The translations under genes were made by a program, and so were the position numbers. The notes under the pieces were generated by a model. That model worked only from the letters and a program-made list of their open reading frames with translations, was not told where the DNA came from and searched no databases. From positions 133,403 through 197,402 of the forward strand of contig QCNO01000001.1 in NCBI GenBank assembly GCA_003213165.1: DNA of 64,000 nt. The letters are read 5' to 3'. The stretch is from OCS155 cluster bacterium AG-426-D23. Lineage in GTDB: Bacteria; Actinomycetota; Acidimicrobiia; Actinomarinales; Actinomarinaceae. Of the stretch, positions 36,650 through 44,502 are shown piece by piece; the first letter of the stretch is position 1, and every line of letters starts with the position of its first letter.

Positions 36650-37908
36650 ATTATAGAATTTTCAAATATTGCTAAAGCCTCTTCAACATGCTTTATAGGC
36701 GTAGTGAGAGGTCCCATAAATCTAATTACGTTTCCATTTTCTCCACAAGTTACTAAAAGAAGACCGTTATCTCTACAATTATTGATTATTTCCTGGGCTT
36801 TTTCTTTGTTGGGTGTTTTTGAATCTTTATTTTCCACGATCTCAACACCGATCATTGGACCATAGCCTCTTACATCACCGATAAATTCATTTTCATTCAT
36901 CAAATTTTTTAAAAAAGAATTCATCATTTCAGATTGTTTTGAAGCATTTCCTAATATATTTTCATTATCAAAAGCTTCTAATACACCTAAAGCTGCAGCG
37001 CATGAGACTGGCGAAGCTCCAAAAGTACTTCCTATTCCTGCATCATGAATAGTATCCATTATTTCTGCTTTGCCTAGTACAGCGGCTAATGGAAATCCTC
37101 CAGCTATACCTTTTGCTAATGTAACTAAATCTGGATTAACTCCTACGGTTTCTGCTCCAAACATTTCACCAGTTCGTCCATAGCCAGTTTGTACTTCATC
37201 AAAAATAAGCAAAATATTATGATAATCACAAATTTCTCTCAAGCTTTTTAAGAAATAATTTGAAGCAGGAATATAGCCACCTTCTCCGAGTTGAATCTCA
37301 ACAACAACAGCAGCAGTATCATCAGGATTGAGTGTTTTTTTAAATAAATCTTTAATACTTGCCAATGCATCGTCATCAGATATATCCCTATATAAATATG
37401 GGTACAATGCATGTTTTACGAATTCTGGGAATGGACCAAACCCTTCTTTATATGGTTTATCTTTGCCGGTTAAACCCATCGCTAGATATGTTCTTCCGTG
37501 AAAACCACCTTTAAATGAGATGATTGATTTTTTATTTGTATAATATCTCGCTATTTTTACAGCATTTTCAACAGCTTCAGCTCCACTATTAACCATAAAT
37601 GTTTTTGTATCTGAAGTAATTGGATATCTTTTATTTAACTCTTCCGATAGCTTTACAGCATTTTCATGAGGTGCAAATGCAAAACAAGAGTGTGAAAAAT
37701 CATTAAGTTGATTTTTTACTTTTTCAACTACTCTTGGATGAAGATGGCCTGTATTAAGTACTGCGTAACCACCAACATAATCTAGGTATCTTTTACCTTC
37801 AGAATCCCAGATTTCAGCATTTTTTCCTTTTACAATGTAATTTTCTAGAGTGCTATACCATGCACTCGGCACATTTTCAGTAATAGCATTGTTCATTAGA
37901 TTAACCAT
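36646..37908 (-). CDS. gabT: class III aminotransferase, 4-aminobutyrate aminotransferase-like
   Basis: 420 aa. DEVQTGYGRTG, TLAKGIAGGFPL (PLP lysine) and the overall GabT-like layout. Its 3' end overlaps ino1 by 4 nt (convergent). Confidence 0.8.
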   Translation of the reverse strand: MVNLMNNAITENVPSAWYSTLENYIVKGKNAEIWDSEGKRYLDYVGGYAVLNTGHLHPRVVEKVKNQLNDFSHSCFAFAPHENAVKLSEELNKRYPITSDTKTFMVNSGAEAVENAVKIARYYTNKKSIISFKGGFHGRTYLAMGLTGKDKPYKEGFGPFPEFVKHALYPYLYRDISDDDALASIKDLFKKTLNPDDTAAVVVEIQLGEGGYIPASNYFLKSLREICDYHNILLIFDEVQTGYGRTGEMFGAETVGVNPDLVTLAKGIAGGFPLAAVLGKAEIMDTIHDAGIGSTFGASPVSCAAALGVLEAFDNENILGNASKQSEMMNSFLKNLMNENEFIGDVRGYGPMIGVEIVENKDSKTPNKEKAQEIINNCRDNGLLLVTCGENGNVIRFMGPLTTPIKHVEEALAIFENSII

Positions 37909-37969
37909 TAAGGAATACTGTAACTGATTAATTATTAATACTCAATTTTGTAGCCACTAAAATAGATAC

Positions 37970-38338
37970 ATGGATTTTTACTATATGGAATTACCTTCAT
38001 ATATAAGTATTGTTATATGTGCATTTGTAGGTCTTGTTTTATTATTTGTAAAATTCAGCAAATTTGAAGTAAGCATTACTTTTACTAATTATTTAATAAT
38101 ATTTTCTCTTGCATCCGTATTACTACAAGTATTGATAGTTATATATTATTCCCAAAGCAATGAAATTGGATCTTTTAGCATGTTCTACAATATTGTTAAT
38201 TTATTCGTTTTAACATTTCTATATATTTACCGAAATGAGATGAAATTAAATTATTATTTATACTGGTCTTTCGCTTTATTCTTTTTGATGGGAATGGAAA
38301 TTAGGGCTATTCAAACATTAGGATTAGGACTAAATTAA
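37970..38338 (+). CDS. small hypothetical membrane protein
   Basis: 122 aa with 3-4 hydrophobic segments. Stop/start TAATG overlap with the next gene. Confidence 0.4.
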   Translation: MDFYYMELPSYISIVICAFVGLVLLFVKFSKFEVSITFTNYLIIFSLASVLLQVLIVIYYSQSNEIGSFSMFYNIVNLFVLTFLYIYRNEMKLNYYLYWSFALFFLMGMEIRAIQTLGLGLN

Positions 38339-39045
38339 TGGGATATAAAGTTCTTGATGACAATTTGACGCTTGCGAATATTAATTCTGATAAACCAAAA
38401 GTCTGCTTTCTTCATGGATGGGGTAGAAGCTCTAAAGATTTTATGAACATAGATAATCAATTTGAATCTATCTCCATTGACATTCCTGGCTTTGGCAAAT
38501 CTATTCCATTTCAACAAAGCCTATCTCCAAAAAAATATGCTGAATATCTCGTTGATATAATCCCTAGTTCTGTTGAGGTTCTAGTTGGACATTCATTTGG
38601 TGGGAGAATAGCTGTTCACCTTTCACAGATAAAAAATTATAAGAAGATAGTGTTAATTGGTACACCTTTGATTAGAAAACAGAATACTAAGAAATCATTT
38701 TCTGCATTTAACCTTTATAAGTTAATGAATAAATATAAATTAGTTAGTAACAAAAAGTTATATCAGATGAAAAATAAATATGGGTCTGAAGATTATAAAA
38801 ATGCGAATAATCATTTAAAAGACACACTAGTAATGGCAGTCAATGATGATTTGAAAGGCATTCTTCCATATATAGACACTAAAGTCGAACTTGTATGGGG
38901 AGAAGAAGACTTAGAAGTACCCCTTCAAGTAGGTTTGGACTCAAATGATATAATTCCTAATTCTGAATTAACGATAATCCCAGGTGGTGGCCACAATGAA
39001 TTAATGCGCAGCTCACAAATTATAATTGGAGTAATTAAAAAATGA
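38338..39045 (+). CDS. alpha/beta hydrolase
   Basis: The HGWG oxyanion motif, the nucleophile elbow GHSFGG and a C-terminal His (GGGHN). Confidence 0.7.
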   Translation: MGYKVLDDNLTLANINSDKPKVCFLHGWGRSSKDFMNIDNQFESISIDIPGFGKSIPFQQSLSPKKYAEYLVDIIPSSVEVLVGHSFGGRIAVHLSQIKNYKKIVLIGTPLIRKQNTKKSFSAFNLYKLMNKYKLVSNKKLYQMKNKYGSEDYKNANNHLKDTLVMAVNDDLKGILPYIDTKVELVWGEEDLEVPLQVGLDSNDIIPNSELTIIPGGGHNELMRSSQIIIGVIKK

Positions 39046-40565
39046 ATTTTCTTTACACAACCGTTTTAATTTTACTCACATTAAGTTCATGCGTTAATTC
39101 TTTAAGATGGGGTAGGATTGCTCAGAGAGAACATTATATCCCTGGGTATGTAACAAAGTTTTACTTTAGATGGGTTAGATTAGTACCTTTTAACAATCTT
39201 TATTATTTGACTAGTATCCTTTTAGCGCTTTTAAGCCTCTGGACTCCATACACTGCAATAGTCCTAGCCTTAATAAATCTTTTCCTACCCAGGGGCCTAT
39301 TATTTAAAGACAGATCCTCAAAGGTTGAATTTACTGAAAGATTAAAACGTTTAAATATTGTTTACTATATTTTAATTATTTCCATGTCAGTAATTTCAAT
39401 CAACTCTGGATTTGGTTACTTTCTCGCACTTATTGCAAATGTTTTCTCTCATTATGTATTTGATCAAGCTCTAAGGATCACTAAAAGTTTTGAAAAAAAT
39501 AAATCTCAAGTTTATGTTGTTGAGGCAGAAAAAAAGCTATTAAAATTCAACGGACCAATAATTGCAATTACTGGTTCATATTCTAAGACAACGACTAAAA
39601 ATACTATTTCTCAAGTAATTTCAACCAAAAGCAATGTGTTTGCTACACCAGAAAGTTTTAATAATCGACTTGGAATATCTAAATCAATTAATGAAGATTT
39701 ACATTCTTCACATGAAATTGCTATCTTTGAAATGGGAACTTATGGATTTGGGGAAATACGTGAAATGTGTTCATGGGTAAAGCCTCATATCTCAGTTATA
39801 ACTGGAATAGCACCTGTCCATTTAGAAAGAATGAAATCACTAGAAAATATTCTTGATGCAAAATCAGAAATTGTTGATCTTACAGGTACAGTCATAATTA
39901 ATGGAGATGATGAGTTACTACTAAATCAAGCTAGATTATGGACTGCACAAAAGATGGTTATCGATTGTTCAATAACATCAAAAAATGCTGCTGTCTTTGT
40001 AGATTATGATAATTCAATACATTCAATTTACATATCGGGAAAATTCATAACCTCTGTAGAAGGTTCTAAAATATTACAACTCTCTATTGCATTGACGGTT
40101 GGTGTGCTAATAGCTTTAGAGATGGACATAATAGAATATTTTCAAAAGATTAAAAATTTAGAGAAGACCACGCATCGCCAGAATGTATTAAAAGGCAACA
40201 TGGGACAAACTATTATTGACAATTCTTTTAATTCAAACCCAATTTCAAATCTTGCAAGTTTAGAACTTTTGCACTCATATGAAAATAGTGGTAAAAAATA
40301 TTTAATTACCCCAGGTATGGTAGAACTAGGTGCCGAACAGTTTACATATAATTATGAATTTGCTTTTAATGCAAGTGAGATTATAGATGAAGCTCTCATA
40401 GTAGGATTTACAAACAAAACGGCACTTACACTGGCTTTTGAAGATAACAATGTTCCAGTTAAATTTTTTAAAAATAGAGATTTAGCTGTTTCTTATCTAA
40501 ACTCTGTGGTGAAAGATAATGATGTTGTATTATTTGAAAATGATTTACCTGACCATCACCCTTAA
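39042..40565 (+). CDS. murF: MurF-like Mur ligase with non-canonical membrane-embedded N-terminus
   Basis: The central P-loop is AITGSYSKTTTK. A DNSFNSNP motif near the C-terminus matches MurF DDSYNANP. The first roughly 100 aa are strongly hydrophobic (at least 2 TM segments) instead of the usual MurF N-domain. ATGA overlap with the hydrolase gene. Confidence 0.6.
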   Translation: MNFLYTTVLILLTLSSCVNSLRWGRIAQREHYIPGYVTKFYFRWVRLVPFNNLYYLTSILLALLSLWTPYTAIVLALINLFLPRGLLFKDRSSKVEFTERLKRLNIVYYILIISMSVISINSGFGYFLALIANVFSHYVFDQALRITKSFEKNKSQVYVVEAEKKLLKFNGPIIAITGSYSKTTTKNTISQVISTKSNVFATPESFNNRLGISKSINEDLHSSHEIAIFEMGTYGFGEIREMCSWVKPHISVITGIAPVHLERMKSLENILDAKSEIVDLTGTVIINGDDELLLNQARLWTAQKMVIDCSITSKNAAVFVDYDNSIHSIYISGKFITSVEGSKILQLSIALTVGVLIALEMDIIEYFQKIKNLEKTTHRQNVLKGNMGQTIIDNSFNSNPISNLASLELLHSYENSGKKYLITPGMVELGAEQFTYNYEFAFNASEIIDEALIVGFTNKTALTLAFEDNNVPVKFFKNRDLAVSYLNSVVKDNDVVLFENDLPDHHP

Positions 40566-40568
40566 ATC

Positions 40569-41651
40569 ATGAATAACAAATTAGCAGTCATTTATGGAGG
40601 TCCTTCTCCAGAACACGACATTTCGATATTGACTGGCTTACAAGCTGCAAAAATATTGTCTTCAAAATATGAAGTTACGAACATCTATTGGTCTCGTGAC
40701 AATAGATGGTTTTTAGTTGATAATGATCTTGAATCTAAAGATTTTATTGAAAATAAAGATATTTTTAAGAAAGAGATAACAATAAAGTACGATTCAAATC
40801 CTGGTTTTTACATTAAAAAGAAAAAAATTGAAATAGATTTAATCGTAAACTCCTGTCATGGTGGTCCAGGTGAAGACGGAACATTACAGAGTTTATTTGC
40901 CTTATTAGAAATAGATTTTACTGGTCCGTCGTTGACCACATCTCAATTATGTATGGACAAGTACGCATTTTTTTCGTTAATGAATAGTAATAACATGCCA
41001 GTTTTAGAAAAACATTTAGTATCAGAAAAAGTTTTTCCAGAATTTGAGGGACCATATATTCTTAAACCTAGATTTGGAGGGTCCTCAATTGGAGTAGAAG
41101 TAGTAGACGATTATAAAACCGCAATAACCATTTCTTCAAATTCAGATTTATATATCCAGGGTGCAACCATTGAAAAATATCTTGAAGAATCATCCGATTT
41201 GTTAGTAGCTGTAAGATCATTTCCTCAAATTGATTATTCAGAAATTGAGAAGCCAATTAGATCAAACAATTTTGAATTGTTTTCATATACTGACAAATAT
41301 CTTGAAAATGGTGGATTAGAAGGATCTAAAAGAGAATTGCCTGCAAATATATCGAAAGATATTAAAGATGACATTTATCGAATTTTAGATTTATTTATGT
41401 CAATTGTCGATATAAGAGGAATAGCAAGGGTAGATTTTCTATTGAAAGATAAAGAACTATATATAAATGAAGTTAATACAATACCAGGAAGCCATGCACT
41501 TTACTTATGGGAGTCAAAAGGGTTTAGCAAATTTGAGTTAATGAATGATATGATTTCTGAGGCCAAAAATTCTCTGTCATCTTGGTCCACAGAAGGATCT
41601 GATGGGACTGCTTTAAAATCAGCAAAAGATATTAAAAGTAAGTTAGGTTAA
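40569..41651 (+). CDS. ddl: D-alanine--D-alanine ligase
   Basis: N-terminus KLAVIYGGPSPEHDISILTGLQAAKIL, C-terminal ATP-grasp block ARVDFLLKDKELYINEVNTIPG. 360 aa. Confidence 0.8.
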   Translation: MNNKLAVIYGGPSPEHDISILTGLQAAKILSSKYEVTNIYWSRDNRWFLVDNDLESKDFIENKDIFKKEITIKYDSNPGFYIKKKKIEIDLIVNSCHGGPGEDGTLQSLFALLEIDFTGPSLTTSQLCMDKYAFFSLMNSNNMPVLEKHLVSEKVFPEFEGPYILKPRFGGSSIGVEVVDDYKTAITISSNSDLYIQGATIEKYLEESSDLLVAVRSFPQIDYSEIEKPIRSNNFELFSYTDKYLENGGLEGSKRELPANISKDIKDDIYRILDLFMSIVDIRGIARVDFLLKDKELYINEVNTIPGSHALYLWESKGFSKFELMNDMISEAKNSLSSWSTEGSDGTALKSAKDIKSKLG

Positions 41652-42286
41652 TGTACGGAATACTTTGGGACTGTGATGGAACAATCATGGATACCGAGAG
41701 ACTCTATGCCTACGCATGGCAGACCCACTTAAAACAATTCGGATTAAGTATTCCTGAAGACGAGATAAAGCAATTTGTTGGAGTTGATGACAGGATAGTG
41801 CATTCGTTTTATTCGGATCAGGTAGATTTAGAAAATTTCGATCAAACGATGCATAAATTAGGCTTTATAATTGAAAATTCCTTAGATGAAAGAATAATAT
41901 TTCAAGATGCAAAACAATTACTTTATCAATTATCACATCTTGAATTTAAGCAGGCTTGTGCATCTGCAAGCCCATATAATTTGTTAAGTAAAAAACTACA
42001 AAAGTTCAAAGTTGATTCTTATTTTGATTTTATTATTGGAGGAGATCAGGTTAATAGAAACAAACCATATCCAGATATTTACAATAAGGCGATAGAAAAA
42101 TTGGGAACTTCTTATAATTTAGTTATCGAAGACAGTCCGACTGGAATTTTATCCGGCAAAGCATCGGGATCTTTTGTTTTAGCTATAGACAGAGGTATGT
42201 TTTCTAAAGAACAACTGAGTGAAGCTGATCAAATAGTTGAAATGTTAGATATAGAAATCATAAATAAGATTTTTAAAAGTCTATAA
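41651..42286 (+). CDS. HAD-superfamily hydrolase (beta-phosphoglucomutase-like subfamily IA)
   Basis: Motif I is DCDGTIMDTE. It has a C-terminal GDQ..D motif and a cap domain, and is 211 aa. TAATG overlap with ddl. Confidence 0.7.
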   Translation: MYGILWDCDGTIMDTERLYAYAWQTHLKQFGLSIPEDEIKQFVGVDDRIVHSFYSDQVDLENFDQTMHKLGFIIENSLDERIIFQDAKQLLYQLSHLEFKQACASASPYNLLSKKLQKFKVDSYFDFIIGGDQVNRNKPYPDIYNKAIEKLGTSYNLVIEDSPTGILSGKASGSFVLAIDRGMFSKEQLSEADQIVEMLDIEIINKIFKSL

Positions 42287-42319
42287 ACAGGGGATATTTT
42301 TAAAATAAATTACAAAACT

Positions 42320-42346
42320 TTCTTAGGCACAAAATGTGACTAAGAA
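42320..42346. terminator. possible bidirectional hairpin terminator between convergent genes
   Basis: TTCTTAGGCAC-aaaat-GTGACTAAGAA is an 11-bp stem with one mismatch, in the 53-nt spacer between the HAD gene and the DDN gene. AT-rich, so weak. Confidence 0.3.
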
Positions 42347-42762
42347 ATGTTAAGAACTAATACAGGAATTTTTCTTTCCGTTCTTCTTTGATAAGCAGAG
42401 TACCCACCATTATTTATATAATCCATTTTGTTCCACCACTCATTTCTTTCATCTTCATATATTTCTCTTGATACTGCTTTAAATTTATCTCTTCCGATTT
42501 GAACTTCACACTCAGGATATTTTTTTAGATTGTGATACCAGCCTGGATTAGTATCACTCCCACCTTTTGAGGCTACAATACATATTTCATTATCCTCTTT
42601 GAGGAAAACCAAAACATTTTTTCTTTCCAGATTTGTTTTTGCCCCAGTTGTATGAAGTATTAAACAAGGGCGGTTATTTAAAAATTTACCGATTCTTCCG
42701 TCTGAGTAAATATAAATATAGTTATGAAAGAAAAGAAATAAAAATAGTAAATATCTTTTCAT
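42340..42762 (-). CDS. deazaflavin-dependent (F420) nitroreductase-family protein (DDN / DUF385)
   Basis: The start was chosen at MKRYLLF, which gives an ATGA overlap. ILHTTGAKTNLERKNVLVF..DNEICIVASKGGSDTNPGWYHNL..YPECEVQIGRDK..YQRRTERKIPVLVL matches the DDN family consensus. Confidence 0.75.
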   Translation of the reverse strand: MKRYLLFLFLFFHNYIYIYSDGRIGKFLNNRPCLILHTTGAKTNLERKNVLVFLKEDNEICIVASKGGSDTNPGWYHNLKKYPECEVQIGRDKFKAVSREIYEDERNEWWNKMDYINNGGYSAYQRRTERKIPVLVLNIS

Positions 42763-43958
42763 ATATTCAATTCTATTCTTTTTTTCCAAGAACTATAACT
42801 CGATGGATAAAAGTTAATTGGCTTTACTAATCTAACAGAGGGGAATTCTGTAGTTGGAATATTTACACGAGTTATTTTTTTGTATTTTGGGACTGCTGCA
42901 AATGTGCTTGCAAAATTTTTATTTTTAAGATATTCAATTGGATTATCTAAGTACACCTGAGTACTTCTTTTGTTAGCTAATTCCCTTAAACAATCTAATA
43001 AAAATATAATTCTTTTAGTTGAAAGTTGTAAATAATTTAATAAAGGTTTATCAAAAATAAAAACAGCTGGAAGATTTGAATAATAATTCAATGCTGGATC
43101 ATTGTCTCCTATTGACTCAGCATTCATCCAAACAAATTCAGGTTTTGAATCAATATTATCTTTTATATTTTTAGGTCCAAAATTAGTTTCAATATCCAAA
43201 TCAACATCTATTGTTTTTTTAGTTATGTTGATTTCTTCAGGCCAATTTTGTATAGGACAATCATATTTGACTTCACAATTGTCACAAAAACTTTTTGCTC
43301 TTTTGTCTACTTGGAATTTTGAAAAACCATACACTTTACCAGTTTGAGACCCCATAACCCAATGCCAACCTAATCTATTTGCAAATCTTGATCCATCAAC
43401 TAAATGTTTAAACATGTAATCTTCATAATTTCTCCAGTTATCTCCAGTTCGTAATGAAAAATGTGATGCAAACCACATTCTTGTTTGATTAACCATGTAT
43501 CCAGTACTTTCAAGTTCGTTTTTAATTGAATTAATACAATTCATATTTTGATAGTCTTTTTCGATCTTTTTATTTGATTTGATTACATAATTTAAATAAT
43601 CGTTTGTATTTTTACCTACAATTGCGTACAAATGCCTCGAAAACTCTTGCCATAACAGCTCATCTCTGAATTTTGTTTTATCTTGGTATTCAAATTTTTC
43701 TACAAAATTCCATACTTCGGGTAACGAAATTAAACCATGTCGTATATAAGCAGATAAATAAGACGAACCTCTTTTTTCAATTGGCAGTACATTATTCCTT
43801 GTTTTTGCATAATTATTAATATCTAGTGTATTTAAGGCATTATCTGCATTTGATTGGCCACCCTTTATTAATGGTTCTGTATATTTATCGCAACATAAAT
43901 CATTAAAGTATTTGTTAATAATTTCTTCGTTGGATAAGTCTAAATTTATTGAGGACAT
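42759..43958 (-). CDS. photolyase/cryptochrome-superfamily protein with inverted domain order (NewPHL-like), possible Fe-S cluster
   Basis: N-terminal half: the FAD-domain signature NQTRMWFASHF...DYMFKHLVDGSRFANRLGWHWVMG. Middle: Cys cluster FCDNCEVKYDC. C-terminal about 130 aa: DNDPALNYYSNLPAVFIFD..KRIIFLLDCLRELA resembles the alpha/beta antenna domain that is normally N-terminal. Confidence 0.55.
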   Translation of the reverse strand: MSSINLDLSNEEIINKYFNDLCCDKYTEPLIKGGQSNADNALNTLDINNYAKTRNNVLPIEKRGSSYLSAYIRHGLISLPEVWNFVEKFEYQDKTKFRDELLWQEFSRHLYAIVGKNTNDYLNYVIKSNKKIEKDYQNMNCINSIKNELESTGYMVNQTRMWFASHFSLRTGDNWRNYEDYMFKHLVDGSRFANRLGWHWVMGSQTGKVYGFSKFQVDKRAKSFCDNCEVKYDCPIQNWPEEINITKKTIDVDLDIETNFGPKNIKDNIDSKPEFVWMNAESIGDNDPALNYYSNLPAVFIFDKPLLNYLQLSTKRIIFLLDCLRELANKRSTQVYLDNPIEYLKNKNFASTFAAVPKYKKITRVNIPTTEFPSVRLVKPINFYPSSYSSWKKRIELNI

Positions 43959-43966
43959 TAAGTTAT

Positions 43967-44182
43967 TTAGTACTTATCTTGTCCAATTCGGATATTTTTG
44001 ACAACATTTACATCATCTTGTGCTTCAATCTCGAAATTAATTCTCTGACCCTGTCTTAATGTTCTAAAAATAGAACCTTTAAGTGAACCTGGAACAATAA
44101 AAACTTCTGATTTGTCTGTGTCTAATAAAATAATCCCGTTTCCGGTATTTGGGTCATACGATTTAACAACACCTTGTGCCAT
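43967..44182 (-). CDS. small protein with degenerate cold-shock-domain-like (OB-fold) pattern
   Basis: 71 aa. It follows a CSD-like layout (GVVKSYDP..GNGIILLD..EVFIVPGSL..GQRINFEIEA) but lacks the aromatic RNP residues. TAATG overlap with rpmB. Confidence 0.4.
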   Translation of the reverse strand: MAQGVVKSYDPNTGNGIILLDTDKSEVFIVPGSLKGSIFRTLRQGQRINFEIEAQDDVNVVKNIRIGQDKY

Positions 44183-44418
44183 TAAACTTTTTCGCCTCTT
44201 TGTCTAATTTCCTTAACAACTGACTCTATTCCGCGTTTATCAATTATTTTGTTTCCTCTTGTACTAACTTTTAGCTTTACCCATCTATTTTCACTTGCAA
44301 GCCAATATTTTTTTGTTTGGATATTTGGTTTAAACCATCGGGGATTTCGTTTATGAGAAAAAGTGACGTTTTTCCCAGAACGTGGTTCTCTTCCTGTAAC
44401 TTGACATCTATTTGCCAT
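44182..44418 (-). CDS. rpmB: 50S ribosomal protein L28
   Basis: The start at MANRCQVTGREPRSGKNVTFSHKRNPRWFKPN is preceded by GGAGG 8 nt upstream. The ORF tool's upstream extension was discarded. Confidence 0.85.
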   Translation of the reverse strand: MANRCQVTGREPRSGKNVTFSHKRNPRWFKPNIQTKKYWLASENRWVKLKVSTRGNKIIDKRGIESVVKEIRQRGEKV

Positions 44419-44502
44419 AAAATTTCCTCCAAAATACAATTCTAACTATAACTAATTTATTAATTTGTAGGTACTTTCATTTTAAAACTTTTTAGGTAAT
44501 GT

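Noticed and set aside
39042-41651. murF-like plus ddl considered as a non-peptidoglycan amide-ligase system (cyanophycin or poly-gamma-glutamate-like)
   Set aside because: The C-terminal DNSFNSNP motif is specifically MurF-like and murF/ddl adjacency is canonical in many Gram-positives. CapB and CphA signatures are absent. Only the N-terminal anomaly is retained as a finding.
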